Shown here: piece by piece, positions 36,071 to 49,665 of the stretch
How the letters are laid out: every line of letters starts with the position of its first letter
Position numbering within the stretch: the first letter of the stretch is position 1
Notes under the pieces: model-generated
The model's input: only the letters and a program-made list of their open reading frames with translations
The model's database searches: none
What the model was told of the DNA's origin: nothing
Translations under genes and position numbers: made by a program
Source: Okamejei kenojei
Lineage: Eukaryota
Length of the DNA stretch: 64,000 nucleotides
Reading direction: 5' to 3'
NCBI GenBank assembly: GCA_035221665.1
Contig: JAVHYY010000297.1
Coordinates: 124,001-188,000, forward strand

Positions 36071-38944
36071 ATTTCATGGGTCATAAGTAATGGAGTAGAA
36101 TTGGGCCATTCGGCCTATCCAGTCTACTACGCCATTCAATCATAGCTGATCTATCTTTCTTTCCTGCCCCATTCACCTGCCTGCCCTCTGACAATCTGTA
36201 CTAATCAAATTTCCAGCAAGTACAGCCCAGTGCCGACAAACGCACATTTAGGTTAACCTAACTGGTATCATTATTGTAAACCTCACCAGGACCCCTCTCC
36301 GCAGCCAACACGTCCCTTCCTCAGAAATGTTGCCCACAATTGTCAGAATATTTCAAATGCGGCCTTCCCTGCGCCTTACAGGGCATCAGCAATCCATTCC
36401 TTTGTACCTCAGATTTCTGGTTTCTCCCTAATTTAGAAAAAACGTCAATGCACTTATGCCCTGCCACCAAGATGCTACTCTCCACAATTTGCCACACAAT
36501 ATTTCCATCTGCCACTTCGCTGCCCGCTCTCCCGACTTGCCCAGGTACTTCTGCAGAATCCCCTGCTTCTCTCCACCCTAACCTTGCCTTCCACCAATTT
36601 TAGTATCATCCGCAAACTTGCCCACAAACCCTTCATTCCCCTCGTCCAATCACTAACATACAAGATATTCATATTTATTTCTGGATGTTATTTCATCAAG
36701 TGAGGAGTTGCACTTGAACCAAAATCAACAGATAAGTAGGCTAACTAATGCTACCGGAGGGTTTAATGTAGATGGACAGGATTCAGGATGCAATGCAGGA
36801 CAGTTTCAGGTGAGAGGCTGCAGGTCGGGCTTGTATGAATAATGATGTGAAATTTAAGTCGACAGCACAGGCAGCAGAACGGAAAATAGCGGGAAGGACT
36901 GTTGGATTGAGTTGGATTCATTTAAGTCAAGGATCTGACGCGGAAGGGCGGACAAACCAGGGCACGTGGGATAGTACAGTGACTGGGATGTGGGAGCCAT
37001 TACGAACATTTTGTAACGGGAATGCTCCAACTTTAGAAGGTACCTTCTGGAGATATTGAATGAAGAGTGAAAGAGGAGGAGAGAGGAAGCGTTACTTTAC
37101 ATCTAGGAGTGCATGTACATAGTTCCATTAACGCAACGTCACAGTAGATACTGGACAAAAGGATTTTGGAACCTCGACTTACATTAGGCACAGTATTGAC
37201 ATAGAGTTGGGACGTCTTGTAGCAGTTTTATAATGTTGGGAGACCTGATTCGGATATCTTGTTTCAGTTCTGTGCACCATGCTACTGTAAATATGTTGTC
37301 AATTTGGAAATGTACGGATAAGGGTTGACGCGGATGTTGCCAGGACTCTTCGAAGGGTCAGAATACAGACATAGGTTAAGCAGGCTGTGACTCTATTCCT
37401 TGAGAGCAGCAGGAAGCGAAATGATCTAATACATGCTTATGAAATCTTGAGATGAATAGATCGGATAAATTTATTGCCCAAATACGGGAATCGAGAACCA
37501 GAGAATCTAGATTTAAAAGTGACAGAGGAATGAATTAATAAGATTTTGAAATAGAAAAGTCACTAACTTTTTTCACACGAGGTTTATAGGTATATGGAAC
37601 TGCATGCCAGAGGAAGGAGCTGAGGCAGGACTATTGGCCAATTGAAGAAACGTTATAGACAGTTTACATGGATATGGACAAGTTTAGAGGGACATGGTCC
37701 AAACGTAAAACAGAGGATTAGTGATTGATGGGACATGTTGGAAGCTGTGCGCATAATTGGGTCGAAGGTCCTGTTTGCACGCTGCATATCATTATTCCTC
37801 GTATGTTGCAAAACATACTTCGCGAATAAAGTGTGCTTCTGATTCTGATATATGTTTTTCTATGTCTATGGGAAAGATTATGGCAGTAGTCCGAGGTGGC
37901 AATATTAACGCTTCGTCCAGCGCTATTGTAAGGGTGGAATTCGAAACAAATGGTTTGGAAGATTGCAACCTTCACGTTGTCCACCCTGTTTCGACTAATG
38001 CAATCAACTCGGCGTGCACAAACGGAAGATCAAATAGGACAAGCTGTCCAAGAAGAAGAAACAAATAAGTGAACGATCACATTGTTGCGAGTGCAGCAAG
38101 GCCCCCAAAATAGTCAACGGGAATTACAAGAACACATATCCCAGGAGGTCGCAGGGCAGTTCCCAGGGTTCAATAGGATTGTCATTGTTGGTAATTTCGA
38201 ATTTTCCAATGTAGACTGGGACTATCATAATACGTTTGACTGCGCTGAGTGGAATTTGTCAAATGTTTTCATGATTGCTTCCTCGGGTAGTATGTCGAAA
38301 ATCAAGTTTTGTCCAATCCTTTGCAGGATTTTTCTACTACATACTACCCGGAGGACTAAGTGACTGAAGTGTCCGTGGGCGAGCTGTGTGACACCAGCGA
38401 TCGCTCTTCAATCAGCTTTAGAACACATATGAATGACGACATTTAACGTATCCACAAGATAAAATTGCGAATTTTGGCAACGGCATATTTTATGATATTC
38501 AACAGAAACTTGGTAAAATTTACTCGAGTGGGTTGTTTGCGATCAATGGAACGTCCAGGTAGTGTGATGCGTTTTATAGTGTGATGGCAAAAAATGTTAT
38601 GACATGTATGTTCCTGTTGGAGTGATGGTCAAGGTCGGTCCGAGTGTGGAAGCTTGGAAGACGAGAGAAATTGAATCCTTTCTCAGGAAAATAAGCAGCC
38701 GTGGGGCAGAGATAAGACTTTGCCTTCCATCACAGTGAGGAGGCCATCCGCTGTGATGGATGTCTGTGTAAATTGTGTGTCTTGGCTCTTTTTTTCTTGT
38801 TATTGTTTGTACGACTGCAGAAACCAAATTTCGTTTGAACGTGTGAGGCTCAAATGGCAATACATATATTGTATCATATAATTGTATCATTGTATTGTAT
38901 CAGTGTAGGCAGCTGGAAGGAATTTCGAGGACTGAGGTGCATAG

Positions 38945-39480
38945 TTTGTTTAGGTTAGAGAAACAGGCCGTTCGACCAACCGAGTCCGCGCCGACCAGCG
39001 ATCACCCCGTACTCAAATACTATCCTACATTTTTACTGAAGCTAATTAATCAACAATCACTCACGTCTTTGGAGTGATGGAGGAAACCCAGAGCACCCTG
39101 AAATAAACGCTCGCAGGTCACAGGGAGAACGTCCGAATTCCGTACATATATGCACCCGTGGTCAGGATCCAACCTGGGTCTCGCCGCAACTCTACCGCTG
39201 CGCCACTGTACCTCCAGAGTTAAGAAGGAAATCAGGAGGGCAATAAGATGCAGGAGAGCTCGACCATGAAGGACGATCTCCGCACAGTAACACTATCCTA
39301 CACGTTAGGGACAATTTACATTTATACCAAGCTAATTCACTTACAAACCTCTGGCGTGTGGGAGGAAACCGCAGCTCCCTAGAGAAAACATACACAGGCA
39401 ACGGGGAGAACATGCAGAGAGCGCCCGTATCAAAACCGGTTGATGGCGCCGTAAGACTGTAGCTCTACCGCTGCACCACC
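38945..39480 (-). mobile_element. Two tandem HE1-like SINEs
   Basis: Both end in ctctaccgctgc(g/a)ccac, the reverse complement of the SINE head (~39190-39210 and ~39462-39480). Confidence 0.75.
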
Positions 39481-40809
39481 TATACCTCCCTCTTTCTCAC
39501 TACAAGTTAGGCGCGATCGTCTAGATAAAATGTAGAAGATTCACTGCTATATTACCCGAAATGAATGACTTGAGTGGATAGGCTACTGTTTCCCCTCTCC
39601 TCGATAAGCCACCCCTCTGTTTCCCACACTCTCTAATGATTCCCACCCAATGCGCATTACTCATCCGCATTACCCTAGGATCATAAAATTCAGGTAAACA
39701 CCCTGATAAATCTAATCGATAGATTTCCTACCGTAACCCTAACAATAGCCCGAATGATTTATCTACTTGCCTCTTCTAATCTAAAGAAACAGTCTCTCAT
39801 CTAACCAACCTGTTCCATCACAGGCTCTTGCCAATTTCTGTCTCTTACCAGCTTCAACATATGCACTATAGAAACATCATATACGCTGCATCGTAACTTG
39901 ATTTGCCAACTATTCCGTCCACGACAGCAAGAAACTACAGGGAGATATGGATGTTGCTCATTTCATCACACATATCAACATCGTCACCATGGACACCTTC
40001 TTGGTTCTTAAGCCATGGAAGCAAAATTGGCCCAACGAGTCTACTCCGTCATTCAATAATGGCTGATCTGTCACGTAATTTTATATTCTGTCCTGGACTC
40101 TTCCAGCAGTTGCTACATCTTTCCCGTATCCACTGTATTCATGCTCTTCATTATTCGGTAAGTTTCAATTAAGTCCCCCCTAGTCCTAATATGCATCGAG
40201 TACAGGCCCACGGCCGTCGAACGCTCGTCATATTTTACACCAATCATCCTCAACATCATTTTCGTAAACCTATGGAACTTGTGCGAAGTAAGCGCATCTC
40301 CCCGCAGATGAGGGGCCCGAAACTGCTCACAATACTACAAATGCTGTCTGGCCAGTGTCTTATCAAGCCTCAACATACCAACGTGTTTGGGGAAAGAAAA
40401 TGAGTCCTCTCAAAATAAATGAGAACATTGCATTGCCTTGCATACTACGGATTCGTTTTGAAAATTAACAACTTGGAAATCCTGCACCAGCTCTCCCAAG
40501 TCCCTTTACACCTGCGGTTTCCGAATCCTCCTCCTCGTTTAGAAAATAGTCTACGACTATATTCCCACTCGGAAAAGTGCATGACCGCGCACTTTGCTGC
40601 GATGTATTCAATCTCCCACCCAGTCACACGGAGAACTCCACACAGACAACGGCGGAGATCGGAACTAACCCGGAACTCTCGAGCCGCAAGGCGGAGGCGT
40701 TGCCCGCTGTGCTGGAATGCCTGGTGCTGCTCCAATTTGCCACATTTTCCTGGCGCCAACTACAACCTATTCCAATTCCGTCGCATTGATCTTTACACTC
40801 AGTTCTTAC

Positions 40810-41130
40810 CGTCGCCCATCTCATTGTCAATCCGAACCTCCAGCTCCGCCCGCAAAGGGACCAGCCATAGTGGGTTGGATGCCGAGAAGTTCACAGTCTC
40901 CACCATTTGGTTTACCCCGCTGACTACCAGTGTGATGAACACCAGCGAACCGACGCGAAGGCAATCTGTCCGGATGTCCCCGGCCGTGTCCGTCATCGTG
41001 ATCGTCCGGTTCAGGAATCCCCATGTGACGTTGACGGCTGAGATGGATTGCACAACGCAGCGGCAGGTCACGTTGGTGGGATACATCGCGCATCGCGCCC
41101 AGGACAGAACGACCGCTTTATCTTCAATGT
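40810..41130 (-). CDS. Copy B Ig domain 4 exon
   Basis: Acceptor ttttttgcccgcgag| (or aag| at 41121), donor GAC G|GTAAGA. Reads SWARCAMYPTNVTCRCVVQS..VNVTW, with a 4-aa insertion (LVPL) relative to A. Confidence 0.8.
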
Positions 41131-42586
41131 CTCGCGGGCAAAAAACAGTTAGTACATTCGTCTTGCATCAATGCAAATGTCCTTTCGTTGATTGGTACAG
41201 AAACTATGAGATGCATCCATCGTGTCAAATTAAGGACTGCTTCGCAAAGAGGAAATGTCAAACACGAGAGAACATATGTTTCGGGTTCGGAGCCTTCAAT
41301 GTTCCAGTAAACAAAAACCATGTTTGTCCTTGGACGTAAGTGTAGGTAAATAAGTGTGTACGTTAGTAAATGTCGCAAAAATTGTGGCGCTTTGGAAACT
41401 GATAATGCGGGAGAAGGAGACAAACCATTTCCGTATCCTACTGACAGAGACTGTAGATGCTGACCAATCAATGTGATTTCCTTACCACCCGCTCCCCCCT
41501 CCTCAACTATCGTCTAGATTTCTCCACCGTACTATAATCAATCTTAATTGGTCAAGATGTATTTGTTCGCGCAGCATCTATGCGGCAGCATCAATCTGAC
41601 TCGTTCTGCCTCGCCTCTTTTCCAGCTTTCTCTCCCATTTACTCAATACAATGACATGTCTCGACACGAAACGTCGGTTATCCATTCTCCAAATATACTG
41701 CCGGATCTGTGAAGTTACATCAACCCATAAACGTGTTGTTTGATAGCTCAATTAGACGATGTAAGTTGTCTCCGGTGCATAGATGAGTGGTGTTATCTGG
41801 GCATAATTGTGCAATAGGGATATGGAACAATGAACCAAGCCATTGGGCCGAGCAAGCGCATGCCGACCATCACTTGCCCATGTTCGCGAATTACAATTTA
41901 ATGTGCTCACATTTTCATCAAAGGCCCAGATCCGGCTACTCATTGATCATCTAGTGGAAACCTCAGCGTTGATGGGAATGTGGAATAAAATGAATTGACC
42001 ATTGATGAGTGTACAATTCGAGGTTTGATGTTAGGTGTGGTGCGCCAAAGGGTCTGTATCTGTGATGTATTGGTCCATGCCAATCCTGGTCTATAACCCA
42101 TACCTCTTCTCCACTGATGTTCCCTGACCCGTTGATTTACTCTTGCACGTTGTGACTATCTGCTGGACAATCAGTATGGCATTAAGGAATAAAGGTCGTG
42201 CGCAATCATGGGTATGACATCGTAAACTAAAGGGTCCTAATGATATCGCCCTATGTCTAAGTATTGTTACGAATCCATGCGGTTTGCTTGAGTTTTAGTG
42301 ACAGTTAATCTCCATGGGGGCGGTAGGGGGATCAATGTGTGGAGATGGATCTCAAATCAGAACCAGTATCCGGCGGAATAATTGAAAAGGTTCCAGTGAA
42401 CGTTTGGGTCCCTTCTGTACTTGCGTCAAGTTTTTCCATGGCACTTACTGTGAGGAATTAGTGGATAGGCTGCGTCAAACAGGTAGATGTTTAGCAAACG
42501 CGGCAATAGACATTTATCGGAGGAAGTCCTCAGCTCAGATACTAAGCAGCCGAAGGCTCGGTCAGCCGTTCACAACAAATACTCAC

Positions 42587-42844
42587 TTTGACTGGGGACT
42601 CGCACGGGCGCGGAACGTGAGCTCCCAAGAGCGTTTGTCGCCGTGCAGCTGTAGGATGTAGGATTTTCCGACTCAAGGTGAACGGTGATATTTTGATTTT
42701 CCCGCCTTAGATCAGTCTCAGCGTCACGGGTGACCTTGAACCAGGAGAAACTAGTGACACTGGGGTTCGCGTCACTGGAACAATGCAGGGAAATCGTCTT
42801 GGCTTCTTTGAATATCCACTCGACCACCGTGTTGTGGGGGGCAT
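42587..42844 (-). CDS. Copy B Ig domain 3 exon
   Basis: ttccaag|AT GCC CCC...CAA A|GTGAGT, 258 nt. Reads YAP..LHCSSDANPS..WFK..YSCTATNALG. Confidence 0.92.
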
Positions 42845-43583
42845 CTTGGAAACACAACATCGTCAGCATGTTAGCGGGATAGAAATGGAAACCTTTCGTC
42901 TCCTGCGTGTCTGGCAAACGCCAAACAACGAGGACAAGCAGCTCAGTTAACTGCCACAATATCCACCAGCCAAACACCTTCACTGCCTCGGACAACAGTC
43001 ATTCATATCCACACAAACAACCTCTTCTAGCATATAAGCTGTTACCTACTGAGGCCGCAAGTTACATCTTCTACCGGCAATATTGACCGAGGATTCGGAC
43101 GCAGGAGAGGGGAGCTCCCACAATTTATTTGCGTCCCACATCACTTTGGAAATATATCATCAGCTCCGTAGCCTTATGGAAGGACCGTGGCCGCAAAGCT
43201 TTGACCTGTTCACGGGGTAACTATGTCATAATCGCAAGGGCATTTTCCAATCAATAAAGCGTACCAGAAAATTCCAATTGTCCAAAATCAGCACACTCTG
43301 AGAAAGAGTATGTTGCCCCTCAGGTTCTAAATCTAATTATTGTTAACTTGCTGCGCTCCAAAACAGTAAAGTTCTAGCAGGCCTGTAACGCAGGCCCTCA
43401 AATCTTGGGATCATTCTCGTAATTCCATCCTGTACTCTTTCCAGCATAACGGCACAATGACACGTGAACTCTGATCTAAACAGCGTTTTCCATCTGAAGG
43501 AAATATACGAGGTATGATCAGTAAGTTTGGGGATATCACTGTACCATGGTTATGTCACAGATAACGAAGATATAAATAAACAA

Positions 43584-44317
43584 CTAGATCAAGTGGGACC
43601 CGTTCCCCCAACGCAATATTCCACCACTCACGCATAGCCCCAAGATGCGCAGGCGCGGCACATTTCCTCTCTTCCCCCAACACTACCCACCTCCTTTTCA
43701 ACCTTCCTCTTCTATGCCCTCTCCTCATCTCCTGCTCCACTCCCTCTCCTCTATCTCCCACTCATTTCACCTACCCTCGTTCACTCTCTCCCTCCATCCC
43801 TCCATTATCCCCCTCCTCATCCTATTCTCCTCCTCTCCCTATATCACTGCGCCCCCACTCATCACCTCTCCTGTATCTCACTCCACCGCGAAGCACAATG
43901 TTTAAATAACATTTCTCCTCCCCTCCCACAATCCCTCCGTCTCCATGCAACAATGTCACAAATCTCTCACTGCACTGGGTGGAACACTAATGATGGGCAG
44001 TTCATGTAAATTATATCCCATTGTGATGTAATTGTCCGGTGATGGCGTCATAGCTCCTAACTGCCACTGCAACTGCCATAACAAGTTCAAGTGATTCTTT
44101 CCCAAACTGGATTTTGTGGTTAAAAATGTGAATAACTTGTAAAATATATCATAACTCTGAACGAAACTAGATGGGAAAGAAACACACTACAAGACAATTG
44201 TGAGTAACGTGGTACAAAAATTACAGCGCTATTGTGTACCATTTTAGCGTAGTTCCGGGAGCACTTTGACACGCACAGAGAATTACAAACAAGATGGGTG
44301 TTTTAGTAATATATAGG
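43584..44317 (-). mobile_element. Non-autonomous Helitron-like element inserted into a CR1 relic
   Basis: Minus strand starts (c)ctatatattactaaaac and ends in a GC hairpin remnant followed by CTAG|T. CR1 sequence continues on both sides. Confidence 0.6.
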
Positions 44318-45304
44318 CTACAGCTGAAACTTGACCATTTGGGCAAGGGGGCAGACGACTCATTAATGATAAATGCGAGGTGTTGCATTTTGGTGAATCA
44401 AACCACGGCAAGGCCTACACAGTAAACGGCAGGGTGTTGGGCAATGTCTTATGGCAAAGGAGTGCAGGTATATAGTTAAATTAATATGCCGTCACAGGTA
44501 TTTAGGGTGGTCAATAAGGCGTTCGGTACTTTGGCCTTCATCAGTTTTTGTTATGACTCTAGATTGTCATACATAAATGTCATAAATGTCATACATTTGC
44601 AAAATATTGATGCGGCCGCATTTCCGACACTGTTTAGTTACGGTCACACTGCTAAAGGAAGATGTTGTGAATTTAGAATGAATGCAGAGACGACTTACAA
44701 GTATATTGCCAGTACTATATTGCCTGTGCGTAAAGGTTGGGCAAGTTACTTTAGTTGGTGCAAAGGAGAACGAGGAATGATCTTACACCTGTGAGAACGA
44801 TCATGTGGGGAATAGATAGAGTAAATGCACTGAGTCCCTTCTCCTAAGTAAGGGTACACGAACCAGAGAACATACGTTTAATGTGAAAGGGGAAGAAAAT
44901 AATAGGAACCTGAGGGACAACTGTTTATGTGGCGGATGGTAGGGGTAATGAACGAGCGACCGCAATAATTCGTTGAGGCAGAAATTAGAACAATGTATAA
45001 AATACATTTTGACAAGTAGATAGATAGGAAAGGTTTAGAGGATGAATGGGGTAAATGCAGGCAGGTGGAACTAGGATAGGTGAACATTCATTGCAGACGT
45101 GGGTAAGTTGTGCCGACTGTGCTGTATGCCTCTAGCTTCATCCACCACAATCCGTGTACTCTATCCATGCCCGGTACTTTGGTGTGGTCTAGCCATGATA
45201 TATGACATAAAAAAATAAAATGTAATGAGTTGACTATGATCTAATCAAAGACCACAATGAGGGGAGATGTGCACATTCTTCCAAGAGCAGTCGTATAATC
45301 AAAG

Positions 45305-45710
45305 GGTAGAAAGGAACAGCAGATGCTGGTTTAAGCAGATTATGGACATAAATGTTTGAGCAGCTCAGTGGGACGCCAAGCATCACTGGAGAGGAGGAAT
45401 GGGTGCCGTTTCGGGTCGAGGCCCTTCTTCAGACTAGTTAGGGGAAAGGGAAACGAGAGATATAGGCAATTATATAGATGATGTAAAGTTATATTGTTCA
45501 AATGAATGAAATGTATTTTTAAAAGGTCACAATGTTAAAGGAAACAGGCCATTGTTAGCCGCTTGCTCAGTGACAACGGGAACCTTATGCGACTTGAGTG
45601 GGCGAGGGATGGGAGAGAGGGAGTGCAAGGGTTTCTTGCAGTTAATTAAATCAATATTCATACCACTGGGCTGCAAGCTGCCCAAGCGAAATATGAAATG
45701 CAGTTACTCA
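45305..45710 (-). mobile_element. Penelope-like element 3' relic with a hammerhead-like core
   Basis: Reverse complement ctgaagaagggcctcgacccgaaac at ~45408-45432; cagcagatgctgg..ctcagtgg terminal motif. Confidence 0.6.
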
Positions 45711-46062
45711 AATGGATATCAATTTTAGCCAACGGATTTATTTTTTCATCAACTGTGCCATATGTACGTAACTTGTGATGCCTACTTCGAAGGAATAAGT
45801 TTCGCAATACAGATAAAACTCTGGCAAGTGTTAGCTGTTTTAATTTCATATGCAAACCAGGGCTGGATTTACAGATTATCGGATATGGTAACAAAACAGA
45901 GAGTTCTAGGACAAGATGTGGTGCGCACGCGTCCCTGTATAGGAATTAGAGCGCAGTTTTTTGGAAAGTGTTTTTTTTTAAATGTGGATAGAATGGCAAG
46001 AGGCATTTGGCGTGATTGATCGCATTTGGAATGGTATTGACGGCAACATGTGGGATACCACG

Positions 46063-47545
46063 ATAGAAACATAGAGACTTAGAAAAATAGGTGCAGGAGT
46101 AGGCCTTTCGGCCCTTCGGGCCTGCACCGCCATTCAATATGATCATGGCTGATCATCCAACGCAGTATCCCGTACCTGCCTTCTCTCCATACGCCCTGAT
46201 CCATTTAGCCACAAGAGCCACAACCAACACCTTCTTGAATATAGCCAATGAACTGGCCTCAACGACCTTCTGTGGCAGAGAATTCCAGAGACTCACCACT
46301 GTCTGTATAAAGAATGTTTTCCTCATCTCGGTCCTAAAGGAATTCCCCCTTATCCTTAGACCGTGACCCCTTGTTCTGGACTCCCCCAACATCGGGAACA
46401 ATCTTCCTGCATCTAGCTTGTCCAACCCCTTAAGAATTTTGTAAGTCTCTATAACATCCCCCCGCAATCTTCTAAATTCAAGTGAGTACAAGCCGAGTCT
46501 ATCCAGTCTTTCTTCATAAGAGATTCCCGACATCCCACGAATCATCTGGTGAACCTTCTCTGAACCCCCTCTATGGCAAGAATGTCTTTCCTCAGATTTG
46601 GAGACCAAAACTGTACGCAATACTCCAGGTGTGGTCTCACCAAAACCCTGTACAACTGCAGTAGAACCTCCCTGCTCCTATACTCAAATCCTTTCGCTAT
46701 GAATGGTAACATACCATTTGCTTTCTTCACTGCCTGCTGCACCTGCATGCCTACTTTCAATGACTGGTGCACCATGACACCCAGGTCTCGTTGCATCTCC
46801 CCCTTTCCTAATCTGCCACCATTCAGATAATAGTCTACCCTTATGTTTTCGCCACCAATGTGGATAACCTCACATTTATCCACATTATACTGCATCTGCC
46901 ATGCATTTGCCCACTCACCCAAGTCACCTTGCAGCCTCCTGGCATCCTCCTCACAGCTAACACTGCCCCCCAGCTTCGTGTCATCTGCAAATTTGGAGAT
47001 TTTGCATTCAATTCCCTCGTCCAAATCATTAATGTATATTGTAAATAGCTGGGGTCCCAGCACTTGCGGTACCCCACTACTCACTGCCTGCCATTCTGAA
47101 AAGGACCCGTTTACTCCTACCCATTGCTTCCTGTCTGCCAGCCAGTTCTCTATCCACATCATTATTGAACCACCGATACCGTGTGCTTTAAGTTTATGTA
47201 CTAATCTCTTACGTGTGACCTTGTCGAAAGCCTTCTGAAAGTCCAGATATAACACATCCACTGGTTCTCCCTTATCCACTCTACTAGGTACATCCTCGAA
47301 AAATTCTATACGATTCGTCAGACATGATTTATCTTTTGTAAATCCATGCTGACTTTGTCCAATGATTTCACCACTTTCCAAATGCGCTGCTATCCCATCT
47401 TTAATAACTGACTCTAGCAGTTTCCCCACTACCGATGTTAGACTAACTGGTCTGTAATTCTCCACTTTCTCCCTCCCTCCTTTTTTAAAAAGTGGGGTTA
47501 CATTAGCTATCCTCCAATCCTCAGGAACTACTCCAGAATCTAAGG
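46063..47545 (-). mobile_element. Young CR1 LINE RT 3' half
   Basis: ORF 46542-47465 (NYRPVSLTS, LDFQKAFDKV, KFADD) and ORF 46153-46620; tail at the left end. Same subfamily as 12000-14481. Confidence 0.95.
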
Positions 47546-47589
47546 GGATTCGATGTAGCTGTTAGTGTGATAAGTGCACATGTTATAAG

Positions 47590-48165
47590 ATTACAATTAG
47601 GCCATTCGGCCCATCGAATCTACTCCGTCATTCAATCATGGCTGATCTAATCCCATTGCCCTGCCTCCTCCCCATAACCCTGTATACCCGTTCTAATCAA
47701 TAATATCTACCTCTGCCTCACAAATATCAACTGACTTGGCCTCCACAGCCCTTTACTACGTTCTAACTGAAGAAGTTCCTCCTCACGTCATTTCTAAAAG
47801 AACGCCATTAATTCTGAGGCTATGACCTCTGGTCTTGCACTCTCCCACCAGTGCAACATCCTGTCCACAATCACTCTGTGCATGTCTTCCATTATTCTGT
47901 AAGTTCCAATGAGGTGCCCCCTCAACCTTCTAAATTCCAGAGTGTAGAGGCCCAATGCTGTCAAACGCTGATCACATGCTAACCCAACTATTCCAGGAAT
48001 CATTCTTGTAAACCTCCTCTGGACCCTCTAGCGCCAGCACATCCTTTTTAGATAAGGGGCTCAAATGTTCTCTCAATACTCCAAATGCGACCTGAACACC
48101 GCCTTATGAAGCCTCGGCGTTACATATCTCTTTTTTTATTCCAATCCTCTTAATATAAATGCTCA
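47590..48165 (-). mobile_element. Older CR1 3' fragment
   Basis: LGLYTLEFRRLRG motif and CR1 3' UTR (ggccattcggccc). Confidence 0.8.
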
Positions 48166-48665
48166 TCCCGAGTGAATCCGTTGAGGTGCCCCAGCTAGAG
48201 TTTTCGCCCACAAATTGAAGGATATAATTACGAAGGAAAATATGCAGAACGGATTCATTCGTGATGTCAATATCGTGTAAAGTGTTGGATTATGGAGGGA
48301 GCCTGGGCATACTTGGCCATTTTGTCTTCAGAAAGCAGGACGCTGACGGGTGATTTTATCTTTCCTGTACAAGCGCACGCATAAATTGAACCTCTGGAAG
48401 AAGATTCTAAAGCTGGAGGATCGCAGATTGTATCTGAAACTCTTTGCTAGGGGAAGCTATGAAGTACAATTATAACTTTCCAAAGACGGATTTGCAGATA
48501 TATGGATGGCGAGTATTTCGATGGATAGGGCCCAAATGCAGGCAGATGCGACGCCCAAAGAAAGCCAAACTAGATCCCATGGAAAAGGTGGAAGGAATGT
48601 TCCGTTTCCCTGCTGTACGGATCGGTGAATCATTGATTATAATAATTTATTAAAAGTATACTTAC

Positions 48666-48956
48666 ATGTTACATTCAGGGTAACGGAGTTTGCCAGTCTG
48701 TGACTCGTATCAAAGTAGTCAACCGTACAGTGAACCGTTTGCCCGTGATGAGCGGCGGAAGGAGTAAAAGTCAAGACAGAGGATATTTCTCCGCTCGTTT
48801 TCTTGGCAATCTCAATGATGGTGGAATCTGGCAGCTGACTCCAGGTGAGAGATGGGCGTTCATCGGGACAGGTGTAGAGGGCTTTGCAGATGATGTTCAC
48901 CGGGGTCCCTTCGGTGAGAATTTCCGGGATTAAAATCTCGGGTTTATCAGGTACAT
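48666..48956 (-). CDS. Copy B Ig domain 2 exon
   Basis: ctccag|AT GTA CCT...ACA T|GTAAGT, 291 nt. Motifs CKALYTCP and HHGQTVHCTV. Confidence 0.92.
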
Positions 48957-49665
48957 CTGGAGATTGGAAAGATTTAGTGAAACAACATGTAGGGAGGGGC
49001 TGGGACTGGTGATGCGAGTTATATTTTAGACTCAAACTGTTGTTAGTCCAGAACGCACTGCCTTGGAGGGTGCAAAGAACAAACTGATGAAGGAACACCA
49101 CCTGCTGAGCAGCATTTGTGGAGGGAAAGCGATGGTATGGAAGGCACAATCTCAACCAAAATTATCCACCATCAATTCGACTCCATTGATGTTGCTCGCT
49201 GAGTCAATCCAGATATTTATTGTTCTTTTGCTCCACAATCCACCATCTGTAGCGTCTTATCGGCACAAGAGAGTGGGGCATGCTATGATTCTACGATAAT
49301 TTAAAAATCCACCTGTCCATCCACCTATCCACCCATCTGTCCACCACCTGACCACCATCCGTGCACCATCTGACCACCACCTCTCCACCCATCCATCCCC
49401 CATCCGTCTATCTATCCATCTACCGAAACATCTACCCACCCATCCATCCATCGATCTATCCATCTACCTATTCTCTATATGTACTAATCCCACTTGTTAA
49501 ATGTGTCGCGGAGGACAAATCGCCATTAGTCCAGTATTCCAGAGTGTAAGGTCCTAGGAATCACCGCAGTTCCACCGATGAATTTCACCTGGGGGCTTTC
49601 ACAGTTATTTTACCTCCCTGTCTATTCGGCCAATTAACCTACAAATATGTACGTCTGAGTAGTGC

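Noticed and set aside
40419-41339. 306-aa + strand ORF
   Set aside because: Antisense to the Ig4 exon and runs through CR1 and SINE relics; not open as one ORF in copy A.
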